Shown: piece by piece, positions 1 to 10,029 of the stretch | How positions within the stretch are numbered: the first letter of the stretch is position 1 | How the letters are laid out: each line of letters begins with the position of its first letter | Source of the DNA: Candidatus Methanomethylophilaceae archaeon | GTDB lineage: Archaea > Thermoplasmatota > Thermoplasmata > Methanomassiliicoccales > Methanomethylophilaceae | Direction of reading: 5' to 3' | Length of the DNA stretch: 64,000 nt | Assembly: GCA_050950505.1 (NCBI GenBank) | Contig: JBMNHS010000001.1 | Span: 512,001 to 576,000 of the forward strand | Made by a program: the position numbers and the translations under genes | The notes under the pieces: generated by a model | The model's database searches: none | The model's input: only the letters and a program-made list of their open reading frames with translations | What the model was told of the DNA's origin: nothing

Positions 1-1491
1 GCCAGAGGCGGTTCCCTTGCGGACCTTGCCGTGTTGGTCATCGACATAAAAGAAGGTCTGATGCCCCAAACAATCGAATCCATAAGGATTCTCAAACAAT
101 ATAAAACCCCCTTTGTGATAGCACTGAACAAAATCGATACGATTCAGGGTTGGATCAGCGAAGAAGGGCGTCCATTTGTGATTTCGGAGAAAATGCAACA
201 GGAACATACTTTGGAAATGTTCAATGAACGGTTGTACCACGTCATTTCCCAAATGGCTCAGGAAGGCATTTCTTCCGACAGATATGATCGCATCGACGAT
301 TTCACAAAGACTGTGGCACTGGTCCCCATAAGCGCAAAGGAAGGGGAGGGAATTCAGGATCTGATGCTTATTCTTATAGGACTGGCACAGAGATTCCTTG
401 AATCCAGGTTGGAAAAGGGAGAAGGTCCGGGAAAAGGAACCATTCTAGAAATGAAAGAAGAAAGAGGCCTCGGCAAAACTTTGGATATCATTCTCCACTC
501 CGGAACTCTCCGCAGAGGGGACATGGTTGCTTTGGGCACAAGAGGCGCTCCGACCGTCACAAGAATCAAAGCAATCCTGAAACCGAAACCCCTGGACGAA
601 ATCAGAGATCCCAGGGACCGTTTTGATTCCGTAAAAGAACTCAGCGCGGCGGCCGGTGTCAAAATATCCTGTCAGAGCGTCGAAGGGGTGATTGCCGGAG
701 CTCCGATAGTCGTGGTTGACGGACCCGACGACCCGTTGATTGACACTATAAAAGAAGAATCCAGAATAAAAGTGGAAATCGGAGATGTCGGTGTCACAAT
801 CAAAGCCGATGCCGTGGGTTCACTGGAAGCTTTGGCCTTTGAAGCGAACAAAGCGGGAATCCCCATACGTAAATACGGGATAGGCGAAATCACGAGACGG
901 GACATCGTCGAAGCCGCTTACGGAGAACCGGAACACAGCGTCATTCTGGGATTCAATGTGGAAATGTCCAAAGACGCAGAACTCGAACATCACAATCAAC
1001 CCATCAGTGTATTCACAAACCCCATCGTTTACCAACTGATAGACGAATACGTTCTTTGGAGAGACGAATCGAAAAAGAAAACCGAGATTGACAAGCGTGC
1101 GGAGTTTTCGTTCCCCGCAAAGGTATTGCTGCTCCCCAATTGCACCTTCAGAGTCAGCAAACCGGCCATAGTCGGTGTGAGAGTGTTGGCGGGGAAAATC
1201 CGGCCGGGTTCAAAACTCATAACATCCTCCGGCGTGGACGCGGGAAGGATACGGAGCATCCATTCCGGCGAAGATTCACTCAAGGAAGCGTCCCAGGGCG
1301 AAGAAATCGCCATAGGATTGGACGGGGTTACTGCGGGAAGGCAGATCAACGAAGGTGACGAATTATATGTCGATCTGACGGAATCCTCCGTTTTACAACT
1401 GGCGGAACTGGATTTGACCGGCGACGAAAGAGACACTTTGGAAGAGACGCTGGCAATAAAAAGAAAAGAAGATCTATTCTGGGGGATGTAA
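1..1491 (+). CDS. infB: Translation initiation factor aIF5B/IF-2 (5' truncated by window edge)
   Basis: Open from base 1 (ARGGSLADLAVLVID), NKID G4 motif, PISAKEGEG, KADAVGSLEAL, C-terminal FWGM. Confidence 0.95.
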   Translation, partial: ARGGSLADLAVLVIDIKEGLMPQTIESIRILKQYKTPFVIALNKIDTIQGWISEEGRPFVISEKMQQEHTLEMFNERLYHVISQMAQEGISSDRYDRIDDFTKTVALVPISAKEGEGIQDLMLILIGLAQRFLESRLEKGEGPGKGTILEMKEERGLGKTLDIILHSGTLRRGDMVALGTRGAPTVTRIKAILKPKPLDEIRDPRDRFDSVKELSAAAGVKISCQSVEGVIAGAPIVVVDGPDDPLIDTIKEESRIKVEIGDVGVTIKADAVGSLEALAFEANKAGIPIRKYGIGEITRRDIVEAAYGEPEHSVILGFNVEMSKDAELEHHNQPISVFTNPIVYQLIDEYVLWRDESKKKTEIDKRAEFSFPAKVLLLPNCTFRVSKPAIVGVRVLAGKIRPGSKLITSSGVDAGRIRSIHSGEDSLKEASQGEEIAIGLDGVTAGRQINEGDELYVDLTESSVLQLAELDLTGDERDTLEETLAIKRKEDLFWGM

Positions 1492-2549
1492 TGAAATACA
1501 CTCCTGAGAATGTTTTGAGGGACGATCCCTACAACATGGCAGGGGGCATTTACGATTTCATCGATGATTTAAACAATGCGATGGAAACGCCCATAGAGTA
1601 CGAACAGGAATTTGACGACATCATAATCTGCGGAATGGGCGGTTCGGCCATCAGCGGAGACGTTCTTGTGGATTGCATGTACAACCTCTCAAAGCATTCC
1701 GTCATCGTACAACGTTTTCCCGAACTTCCCGAATGGGTCGATGAAAGAACTTTGATAATCGTGGCCAGTTATTCCGGCAATACCAGAGAGACATTGGCAC
1801 TATATGACGAAATACATGAAAAAAATCTCAGGGTGGTCGTAATAACCGCCGGAGGAATGCTTTTGGAAAGAGCCGAAGCCGACGGGCATTATATTTTGAA
1901 AATGAAGTCCGGAATCCAGCCCAGATGCGCCACCGGATATTCACTGGGTCTGATGTTTGCACTCATGGATCATGTGGGAGACACATCCTTCAAGACAACA
2001 GTAAAACGATTCACTCCCAAACTGAACAAATTCAGGGATGAATTGGCGAGCAACCGCAGCGTGGCATGGGAAGTGGCAAGAAGAATCAACGCACGCACTC
2101 CCATAATATATTCCACCGTGGAGTTGGCATCGTCCGCCACGAGATGGAAGTCCCAAATCAATGAAAATTCAAAAATGATGGCGTTCTCAGGCCTTATGCC
2201 GGAGTTCAATTACAATGATGTCTCCGGATGGTCCGAAGGTTCCGTGAGAGAATCCTGCGTTCCTCTTTTCCTTTGTGAAGAGAAGATGCCGAAAATCCGA
2301 AAGAAAGCGATGTATGCCGCAATCGATGTTCTGAAGACTTATGACGTTGAGCCCATGGTGGTGAACATACGCGGCCGCTCGGTGGTGGAAAAATTGCTCC
2401 GTGGCATAATGATCGGAGACTACGTATCGTTGTATTTGGCATATCTCAACGGAGTGGATCCCAGCGAAGTCGCTTCCATCTCGGAATTGAAGGTACGTTT
2501 GGCGGATATTCTGCCTTACCCCAAAGCATGGACACGGAAGAAAAAATGA
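1491..2549 (+). CDS. Bifunctional phosphoglucose/phosphomannose isomerase family (SIS) protein
   Basis: GMGGSAISG, SYSGNTRET, QPR, QINENSK motifs; the usual ExNHN reads EFNYN. Confidence 0.85.
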   Translation: MKYTPENVLRDDPYNMAGGIYDFIDDLNNAMETPIEYEQEFDDIIICGMGGSAISGDVLVDCMYNLSKHSVIVQRFPELPEWVDERTLIIVASYSGNTRETLALYDEIHEKNLRVVVITAGGMLLERAEADGHYILKMKSGIQPRCATGYSLGLMFALMDHVGDTSFKTTVKRFTPKLNKFRDELASNRSVAWEVARRINARTPIIYSTVELASSATRWKSQINENSKMMAFSGLMPEFNYNDVSGWSEGSVRESCVPLFLCEEKMPKIRKKAMYAAIDVLKTYDVEPMVVNIRGRSVVEKLLRGIMIGDYVSLYLAYLNGVDPSEVASISELKVRLADILPYPKAWTRKKK

Positions 2550-2636
2550 TTTTTTCCGTTTTATAAAAACAATCTGCCTTCTTTATAGAAAGATATATAA
2601 GTCGGTCTTTAATAAGTCCGACCTACAGGTGTTCAA

Positions 2637-3038
2637 ATGGTAGATTTTAAAACTATCGTCAATGACGTCAAGACCGGTAAATCCTACAACGTTGCCGTGT
2701 CAGGCCACCATGCGAACTCTTTGATTGGTAAAAATATCGGAGAGGTCGTAGATGGTATATTCGTAGGTCTCCCCGGTTATAAGCTCAAGATAACAGGCGG
2801 AAGTGACGGAAACGGCACTCCCATGAGAAAAGATCTCCCCGGCGGCGTGAGAAGGAAACTTCTCCTGTCGGACGGACTCGGTTTCCACGAGAAACGTCAC
2901 GGCGAGAGAAAAAGAGTAGCCATCCGCGGAGCGACAATCACCGCGGACATTGTACAGATCAACATGGCTATCGCCGAGTACGGACCTAAATCTGTAGAGG
3001 AGTCCCTCGCGCCCAGTGAGCCTCCCGCGGAGAACTGA
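2637..3038 (+). CDS. rps6e: 30S ribosomal protein S6e
   Basis: [28 protein letters not shown]. Confidence 0.95.
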   Translation: MVDFKTIVNDVKTGKSYNVAVSGHHANSLIGKNIGEVVDGIFVGLPGYKLKITGGSDGNGTPMRKDLPGGVRRKLLLSDGLGFHEKRHGERKRVAIRGATITADIVQINMAIAEYGPKSVEESLAPSEPPAEN

Positions 3039-4273
3039 TGAAGGTTCCAAGGCAACCCGAGGCAAACATCGGGATGATCGGTCACGTGGATCACGGAAAA
3101 ACAACTCTCACGAGAGCCCTTTCCGGATTTTGGACGGACCGTCACTCCGAGGAAGTCAAGAGAGGTATTTCGATACGTCTCGGGTACGCGGATGCGGCGT
3201 TCTACAAGTGTCCCGACTGTCCGGGTTCCGCCGCTTACGGAAATCAGAAGAAATGCCCCAATTGTGATGCGGAAGCAGAATTTCTGCAGGCCGTTTCCTT
3301 CGTGGATGCTCCGGGTCACGAAACCCTGATGGCGACCATGCTGTCCGGCGCCGCACTCATGGACGGTGCTTTGCTGCTGATCGCAGCCAACGAAAAATGC
3401 CCTCAGCCTCAGACAAAGGAACATCTCATGGCTTTGTCCATAATAGGCATCGAGCGCATTGTCATCGTGCAGAATAAGATAGACATCGTTACCAAGGAAC
3501 AGGCCATTGAGAATTACAAACAGATAAAAGAGTTTGTGAAAGGCACCGTTGCCGAAAACGCGCCCATTGTTCCCATATCCGCAAACCACGGCGTAAACAT
3601 CGACATGCTCATAGAAACGATTCAGACCCACATCATCCACAAGATGGAAAGAGACACGGAATCCGCTCCGCTCATGCATGTGGCCCGTTCTTTCGACATC
3701 AACGCCCCCGGTACGGAACCGAAAGATCTCAAAGGGGGAATCATCGGAGGCACTCTGATTCAGGGAACTCTGAAAATCGGGGATGAAGTCGAAATCGTCC
3801 CGGGAAAAAGAACCCAGGACGCAGGCAGAATCGTATACGAAAAGATATCCGCAAAGATTACCACTTTGGAAGCCGGCGGACAATCCGTCGATTCCGTGGG
3901 GCCCGGCGGTTTGATTGCCATAGGCACGGAACTGGATCCGTCAATAACCAAATCCGACGGTTTGACCGGAACCATGTTGGGAAAACCCGGCGGACTTCCT
4001 GCCGTAGTGAACGAATTCACCATGAAAACCGTCCTTATGGACCGTGTCGTCGGTTCCTCGTCCGAACTGAACGTGGATGACATCAAAAGCAACGAGCCTT
4101 TGATGTTGAGCGTGGGAACGGCCACAACCGTGGGCGTGGTCAAGAGCGCAAGGCCGGATTTGGCCGAAGTGACGCTCAAGATACCCGTCTGCGTGATGCC
4201 GGGCCAAAGAGTGGCAATATCCAGAAGAATCTCCAACAAGTGGAGATTGATAGGTTACGGTATCATCGAGTGA
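3038..4273 (+). CDS. eif2g: Translation initiation factor aIF2 gamma subunit
   Basis: [18 protein letters not shown], Zn knuckle, DAPGHE, NKID, WRLIGYG. Confidence 0.97.
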   Translation: MKVPRQPEANIGMIGHVDHGKTTLTRALSGFWTDRHSEEVKRGISIRLGYADAAFYKCPDCPGSAAYGNQKKCPNCDAEAEFLQAVSFVDAPGHETLMATMLSGAALMDGALLLIAANEKCPQPQTKEHLMALSIIGIERIVIVQNKIDIVTKEQAIENYKQIKEFVKGTVAENAPIVPISANHGVNIDMLIETIQTHIIHKMERDTESAPLMHVARSFDINAPGTEPKDLKGGIIGGTLIQGTLKIGDEVEIVPGKRTQDAGRIVYEKISAKITTLEAGGQSVDSVGPGGLIAIGTELDPSITKSDGLTGTMLGKPGGLPAVVNEFTMKTVLMDRVVGSSSELNVDDIKSNEPLMLSVGTATTVGVVKSARPDLAEVTLKIPVCVMPGQRVAISRRISNKWRLIGYGIIE

Positions 4274-4279
4274 TGCTGT

Positions 4280-4639
4280 ATGGCCATCGACGTCATTCTT
4301 GACACGAACGCATTGTTGATGCCCTTCGAAATAAGGATGAATCTGGATCTTGAGATACGGAGAGTGCTCGGCGAGGTGCGTTTCATAGTGCCTGGGCCGA
4401 TAATCGGCGAACTCAAACATCTTAAACACAAATATTCTCAGGTGGCTTTGGAACTTGCGAGACGTTATGAAATAATGCAGACCGAAGCGACCGGCGATGC
4501 CGCGATAATGGAATTGGCTGAACGGACCGGAGCCTTCGTGCTGACCAATGACAAAGAACTGAGGGACAAACTCCGTAAAAAAGGAGTCCCTCTGGTTTAT
4601 CTGCGTTCGGGAAATCACCTGGTGGCGGAATTCAGATAA
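4280..4639 (+). CDS. PIN-domain protein (Utp24/Fcf1-like)
   Basis: ILDTNALL...D...TNDKEL; conserved position after eif2g. Confidence 0.85.
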   Translation: MAIDVILDTNALLMPFEIRMNLDLEIRRVLGEVRFIVPGPIIGELKHLKHKYSQVALELARRYEIMQTEATGDAAIMELAERTGAFVLTNDKELRDKLRKKGVPLVYLRSGNHLVAEFR

Positions 4640-5462
4640 GGGGTTTCGGCGGATCTTCCGGCGGTTCCCCTTTCCATTCTTCTTTTCCGGTTTCTTCCAA
4701 TCTCTCTTTTACCAATTTCTTTCCGGTTTCGCTCACGCCGTAAACGGGAACTTTGTTTCCCGCAATGACGATATCACGGTTTTTCGCTTCCTGTCTCAAT
4801 GTCGCGGAAGCGCAGGACGTGATTACGTCACATGTATCAAACAATGTGACGGCGTCTTTGTAAGTGACGCCCGAAGTGTGCACCGCCATCACTATGGCGG
4901 CGGAACCGTAGGCATCCCTTATACTCAAAGCGTCGGCGGCGTCGCAGACAGTGACGGCAACGTTCCGGAATCCCATGGAATATGCTTTGCCGAGTCCGGC
5001 AAGCATGTCAATCTCGGCCGTCTCGGGATCCAATACGAAATCTTTTCCGACGGCGTCGATGACAGTTTTCAACGGAGCGGTCTCAACGACCGCGGATATG
5101 CGTCCGCAGAGTCCTTGGACTATTTCAGGGTCGGTCACGACGGCGGTGCCACATCCGTCCGAGACTATCACGGCGGCGTCAATGAGATCTTTTCTGAGCG
5201 CGGTGCTCAGTATCTCGGAAATTCCGAAGGAAAGGAAATCGGGCATACGCACCGTCCTGTTTTCGGTAAACAGGCCGAAATCATCGATTCTGAACTGTAT
5301 GTTTTCCCGTATGGATTCTTTATCGAGTTTTTTAATGCCTCTGTGTTTCCCGAACAGAGGGCAAACATCAATCTGCGGTTCACCGATTTCGACGATTTTT
5401 CCGTTTTCCACGACCACCCGGGCCTTTCCGAGACACTCCATGACGTGCCGGGACATATTCAC
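4632..5462 (-). CDS. Methanogenesis marker protein 8 (DUF2099-like)
   Basis: HVMECLGKARVV, CPLF, FGISE, DGCGT, GRISAVV, VHTSG, CAS motifs. Confidence 0.8.
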   Translation of the reverse strand: MNMSRHVMECLGKARVVVENGKIVEIGEPQIDVCPLFGKHRGIKKLDKESIRENIQFRIDDFGLFTENRTVRMPDFLSFGISEILSTALRKDLIDAAVIVSDGCGTAVVTDPEIVQGLCGRISAVVETAPLKTVIDAVGKDFVLDPETAEIDMLAGLGKAYSMGFRNVAVTVCDAADALSIRDAYGSAAIVMAVHTSGVTYKDAVTLFDTCDVITSCASATLRQEAKNRDIVIAGNKVPVYGVSETGKKLVKERLEETGKEEWKGEPPEDPPKPLI

Positions 5463-5938
5463 TCCATGATTTCGATGGTGTTTATGATGACGTTCTTGGA
5501 GGGAGCGTCATTGCGGCCGGTTTTGACTTTGCCGATTGCGTCAACGACGTCCATGCCCTCCACGACCTCACCGAATACCGGGTGGGCGTAAGGCGTCGAG
5601 GGGTTTTCTTTGTCGAGATAATTGTTATCCACGGTGTTTATGAAGAACTGGCATCCTCCGGTGTTGGGACGTCCAGTGTTCGCCATGGCAATGGTTCCGC
5701 GGACGTTGGAGTGCCCGGTACCGAATTCGTCCTGAATGTTGTATCCGGGACCGCCGGTTCCGTCTCCTTTGGGGCAACCTCCCTGAATCATGAAGTTATC
5801 AATGACCCTGTGGAACTTGACGCCGTCATAAAAACCGTCTTTTGCGAGTTTGATGAAATTGCCGGTGGTGATGGGCATGTCTTTGTACAGTTCGATGGTA
5901 ATGTCGCCCATGGATGTGCGCATGATTGCTTTAGTCAT
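5459..5938 (-). CDS. Cyclophilin-type peptidyl-prolyl cis-trans isomerase
   Basis: FYDGVKFHRVIDNFMIQGG, GTIAMAN, QFFIN, VFGEVVEGMDVV. Confidence 0.95.
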   Translation of the reverse strand: MTKAIMRTSMGDITIELYKDMPITTGNFIKLAKDGFYDGVKFHRVIDNFMIQGGCPKGDGTGGPGYNIQDEFGTGHSNVRGTIAMANTGRPNTGGCQFFINTVDNNYLDKENPSTPYAHPVFGEVVEGMDVVDAIGKVKTGRNDAPSKNVIINTIEIME

Positions 5939-5980
5939 AGCCCACGGATATCCCGCGGATAATAAAAACTGTTGCGACGA

Positions 5981-6088
5981 TCACAAGACCAATCATTATG
6001 TCAATCAACGACAATCACAAGACCAATCATTATGTCAATCAACGACAATCACAAGACCAATCATTATGTCAATCAACGACAATCACAA
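5981..6088. repeat. Perfect tandem repeat, 34-bp unit x3 plus partial (TCACAAGACCAATCATTATGTCAATCAACGACAA)
   Basis: Identical units at 5981-6014, 6015-6048, 6049-6082; partial TCACAA at 6083-6088; no spacers. Confidence 0.97.
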
Positions 6089-6092
6089 TACT

Positions 6093-6914
6093 ATGACTTC
6101 GGGTACTCTTATGATATTGGGCTGTCCCATTCTGGAGGATGAGTTGGTATACGGCATCATGAATGATGATGAGAAAAAGGATATACTACTCATTGAAACG
6201 GAACCCTCGCAAAGTCTGATAAGAAAATTTGAACGGAACATAATCCCGTATACCGTGATGAATGAAAACGAATTCCTCGCAAACGGAACGAAAGGAAAAT
6301 CCTCGGGATTTTCCATAGTAATCAAAATGCTGGATATGGCATTGCACCGCGAACCCGAAATTCTCCGCAAAAAAATCGAAGAGGAAGTCATGAAATTCTC
6401 CGAAGTGAGCGACGTCATGGCACTGTACTACGGGATGTGCGGAAATTACGGCTGGGACATCACGGAATGGGCAAAAGAAAACAATCTTTGCCCCGTGCTG
6501 GTGTTCCGTGACAGAAGGGGAAACGTCTGTGACGACTGCGTCGCGGTTGCCGTGGGAGGAACGGAAAAATACCGGGAACTTCTGAGAGCCCATACGGGCA
6601 GAATGTATTTCACTCCCGGGGTGGCAGTAAACTGGAATGATTTTCTTGCGGCGAACGAAATGTTCGGTGGTTGTTGGGGAGGCAGCGTCGAAAGACTGAA
6701 GTGGATTTTTGAACAGTGCAATTACGACTCCGTCGTGCAGATTGATACGGGACTCGGAGATTATGAGGAGATGTGCAAATCCACAAAAGAATTCGCAGAT
6801 ACTTACGAGTTCAGAATAATCGAAGCGGAAGACTATTGGCCGGACCTGTATCCTGCCCAAAAATTATACAATGATGCCAAGAATGCCATGAATTCGGAAC
6901 AATCCGGCAAATAA
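6093..6914 (+). CDS. DUF1638-like protein (start 6066 or 6093)
   Basis: GCPILEDE, LHREP, YGMCGN, DDCVAV, YFTPG, IDTG motifs; the ORF-track extension to 5850 overlaps the cyclophilin gene and is not credible. Confidence 0.75.
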   Translation: MTSGTLMILGCPILEDELVYGIMNDDEKKDILLIETEPSQSLIRKFERNIIPYTVMNENEFLANGTKGKSSGFSIVIKMLDMALHREPEILRKKIEEEVMKFSEVSDVMALYYGMCGNYGWDITEWAKENNLCPVLVFRDRRGNVCDDCVAVAVGGTEKYRELLRAHTGRMYFTPGVAVNWNDFLAANEMFGGCWGGSVERLKWIFEQCNYDSVVQIDTGLGDYEEMCKSTKEFADTYEFRIIEAEDYWPDLYPAQKLYNDAKNAMNSEQSGK

Positions 6915-6921
6915 AATAAGA

Positions 6922-6947
6922 TCCGACACCTTTTCACAGGTGTCGGA
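6922..6947. terminator. Hairpin between convergent genes, probable bidirectional terminator
   Basis: TCCGACACCT-tttcac-AGGTGTCGGA 10-bp stem with T-rich flanks on both strands. Confidence 0.65.
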
Positions 6948-6960
6948 GTTTGGGTTTGAT

Positions 6961-7557
6961 TCATCCTTTGTAATCGGGGTTGAACGGACAGACTTCCTTC
7001 AGACACACGCTGTTCTTTTCGGAAACGAAGCAGGTGATCTTTTCGGGCATCTCCATTTTGACTCCCAGGTAGTCTTCGAAGAATTTGGCCGCCACGGGAA
7101 CCGCGAGATAGGTATCTCTCTTGCAGCATCTCGGTCCGCCGTACTGAGCGATGGTTGAAAGACAGTTGGAAACCATAATCTGGTCTTTGCTCCAAATCTC
7201 TCCGGCAAGAGGTCCGTCTTTGGTTATGATGCTGAATGCGATTCCGCAGCCCAAAGCCGCGCCGCAGGACCCCCAGTGTCCGCAGACCGCCGCAGGAATG
7301 ATCGAACCGCGTTTGTGCGCCAGGTTCAAAGCCGCAGGAAGATCCAATTCTCCGCCGCTGTTCTTGTATGCGGTAAGAACCGCAAAAGGCACCAAAACAT
7401 GGTGAACGGGTCCGTGGAACGGCACGCCGGGGTATTCCATCATTATTTTCATAAGGTCGATCGGATTTTTGGATTTGGACTCAAGGCACATGGCCATCGC
7501 TCTTTCAATCGGATCGTTGCTTTTGATGTCGGGACAGATTTCATCCAAGTTAGTCAT
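6961..7557 (-). CDS. Cys-rich DUF5714-like protein
   Basis: HGPVHH, CGHWGSCGAALG, GPRCCKR, C-terminal C..N..C....CPF. Confidence 0.7.
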   Translation of the reverse strand: MTNLDEICPDIKSNDPIERAMAMCLESKSKNPIDLMKIMMEYPGVPFHGPVHHVLVPFAVLTAYKNSGGELDLPAALNLAHKRGSIIPAAVCGHWGSCGAALGCGIAFSIITKDGPLAGEIWSKDQIMVSNCLSTIAQYGGPRCCKRDTYLAVPVAAKFFEDYLGVKMEMPEKITCFVSEKNSVCLKEVCPFNPDYKG

Positions 7558-8072
7558 ATGGAAATCGAATCAACGTCGTTGATATATAACAAAATCCTTA
7601 ATTTTCATGTATAAATTGTAAAGAGATTAACAGCAAACAATGTGAAAAAAATGAACCCGGGCAATAAGTGGATTCTTTACGAATTATGACGACGAGTCAC
7701 GGTTATATCGGTTTGTCACTTTCACAAAAGATTGGGAAATATGAAAACGGAACAGTGAGCTTTCCAAGAGAATCAAAGAAAAAAATGTCCGTCGCCCGTG
7801 AACCGTTAGGGCCACGCTGAACGCAACCGGTATCACGGGACTTATCAGGATGATTCAACACGGTACTGGCGTATTTAATTCTGACCGATTCGGTTTTATT
7901 CGTACGGTTATCAATCATCGCATATTTTCAAGGAGGATTTACGAACAACCGTCCAAAAGTATGGAATTCCCCGTGTAAATTTACCGGAAATATTGTAAAA
8001 CGTCACTTTTTGTTAAGACATATGCCGAATTTAAATACGAATTGATAAATATAAGTTCACTTTGAACCTGAT

Positions 8073-9734
8073 ATGAGTAACAACATAGAAGGGTTCAAAC
8101 CCAACAAACTGACGCTAATAACGTTGCTCTTTTCTTCAATGATCATTCTTATGGGTGCTGCCGCGGTCGCACCCGCATTAAAACCGATAAGCGACGCTTT
8201 CCCGGGAGCCTCCATGGTAACCGTTTCCCTTGTGGTGACGTTACCCGCCGCAGCCGTGGCCGTCACAGGCATGGCCATGGGATATCTTGCCGACCGGTTC
8301 GGAAAGGTTAAGGTGTTCATCGCATCGGTTGCAATCTTCACCGTTGCAGGTCTGTCGGGATATTTTCTCAATACGCTGGAATCCGTTCTTGTAGGACGTT
8401 TCATTTTGGGTGTAGGCATAGCCGGCATATCCACAACCACCACCGCACTGACCGCCGAATACTATTCGGGCGCAATCAGGGCAAAAGTGATCAGTTATCA
8501 ATCGGCCGCCATGGGTATCGGAGTACTGTTTCTGGAAACTATCGGAGGATCTTTGGCGGATGTGGGATGGCAGGAACCGTTCCTGGTATATCTGATCGGT
8601 CTTCCCATTCTTTTGCTGGCACTGTTGTCAATGAGGGAACCTGAGAAGGAAATATACAATGACGGGATGGTATCACAGCCGGATATACCCAACAAACGTC
8701 TGAAGGTGGCGCTCTGTTACGTTATGATATTTGCGGCAATGTTCCTGATGTTCGTTCTTCCCACGAATTTACCGTATCATCTGGCGGATCTGGGATTCAG
8801 TCTGACGATATGCGGTCTTATGCTCGGTGTGCTGGGTATGACACAGGCGGCTTTCAGTCTGATCTATTCCCGTTCCTCGAATAAACTGAATGACAAAGGC
8901 GCATATTCCGTGGCTTTATCACTGATAGGCGCGGCCTATGTCGCATTGTATTCGTCGAGTGTTATTGCGATAACGTTCTCGATGATATTGGTTGGCGTGG
9001 GTATGGGACTGATAACCATGACGGTACTCGGCAGTCTGTCGCATTATTCACAAGCGGGAGGTTCCGGAAAAATAATGGGAGGGTATTCGGTGGCTCTCAA
9101 CCTGGGTACCTTTTCGTCATCTCTTGTCATAACACCGTTTATTGAAGCAACGGGATCGTATTTTGACACCTTCTTGTATATAGGATTGTTCGTGTTGGCT
9201 ATATGCGTTGTATCCGTACTGTATGCGGTATATACCACAAGGAAAACAAAAGCAGAGAGGAAAATCATTGCCGAGACCAAGAGGCCTTCGGACTTCAAAT
9301 CTCTGTATGAAAGCATACTGATTGCGACCGATGGCAGCGAAACGAGTAAGTTGGCCGTGCGCAACGGGTTGGACATAGCCAGGAACAATTCCTCCAAAGT
9401 TACAGCGCTGTACGTATTCGATGCCGAATATTATGCATCCGTCACGGGCAGCGTAACCGCAGCGGATTACATAAGAGAACTTGGAAACGAAGCGTCCAAG
9501 AACGCGTTGGATTATGTAAAAGAAATGGCCGCCGAGAGAGGGATGGAAGCGGAATTCAAAGTGGTCATCGGGCATCCTGCTGAGTCCATAGTGGACGAGT
9601 CTGCCGAACACAGTCTGCTGGTATGCGGTTCCATGGGACGCACAAGCGTACCCAGGGTACTTTTGGGAAGTGTGGCGGAAAAAGTGGCAAGGATGGCTTA
9701 CTGCCCCGTGCTAATCTGTCGCGGCAACCATTGA
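8073..9734 (+). CDS. MFS transporter fused to C-terminal universal stress protein (UspA) domain
   Basis: About 12 hydrophobic helices with GYLADRFGK (motif A) and GRFILGVG; then ILIATDGS...GSMG(9x)GSVAEKV...CPVLI. Confidence 0.9.
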   Translation: MSNNIEGFKPNKLTLITLLFSSMIILMGAAAVAPALKPISDAFPGASMVTVSLVVTLPAAAVAVTGMAMGYLADRFGKVKVFIASVAIFTVAGLSGYFLNTLESVLVGRFILGVGIAGISTTTTALTAEYYSGAIRAKVISYQSAAMGIGVLFLETIGGSLADVGWQEPFLVYLIGLPILLLALLSMREPEKEIYNDGMVSQPDIPNKRLKVALCYVMIFAAMFLMFVLPTNLPYHLADLGFSLTICGLMLGVLGMTQAAFSLIYSRSSNKLNDKGAYSVALSLIGAAYVALYSSSVIAITFSMILVGVGMGLITMTVLGSLSHYSQAGGSGKIMGGYSVALNLGTFSSSLVITPFIEATGSYFDTFLYIGLFVLAICVVSVLYAVYTTRKTKAERKIIAETKRPSDFKSLYESILIATDGSETSKLAVRNGLDIARNNSSKVTALYVFDAEYYASVTGSVTAADYIRELGNEASKNALDYVKEMAAERGMEAEFKVVIGHPAESIVDESAEHSLLVCGSMGRTSVPRVLLGSVAEKVARMAYCPVLICRGNH

Positions 9735-9743
9735 AATCCTTTA

Positions 9744-9775
9744 ACGCGGGCCGGAAGGTCCGCGTGTTTCTTTTT
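9744..9775 (+). terminator. Intrinsic-type terminator after MFS-Usp gene
   Basis: ACGCGGGCC-GGAA-GGTCCGCGT stem-loop followed by GTTTCTTTTT. Confidence 0.7.
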
Positions 9776-10029
9776 CGCAATTTGTATCAGAATACCATTT
9801 TCATTTATCCGGGCATATGGCATCGGCATCGTGTGTCACTTCCGGAAATAAATTCACACGTCATAACGGAGAAAAAAGGCCGTCGAGATAAAAAGTGCGA
9901 TACGCGTACCAAAATGCAATAAAAAGTATGCGTATCGCTGAAGTGTAAGAACCGACTCTGTATAAAAAAAGCATTGTGATTCACGTTGTCGCATAGAATG
10001 AAAAACCCGTGTATTGCAACGTATTGCGG

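Noticed and set aside
5850-6065. N-terminal extension of the 354-aa ORF
   Set aside because: Overlaps the cyclophilin gene on the opposite strand and simply reads through the tandem repeat
5981-6088. CRISPR array (34-bp repeats)
   Set aside because: Units are directly contiguous with no spacers, and there are no cas genes
7703-7918. 71-aa ORF in the AT-rich spacer
   Set aside because: No motif or start signal; probably spurious, though a decayed gene cannot be excluded
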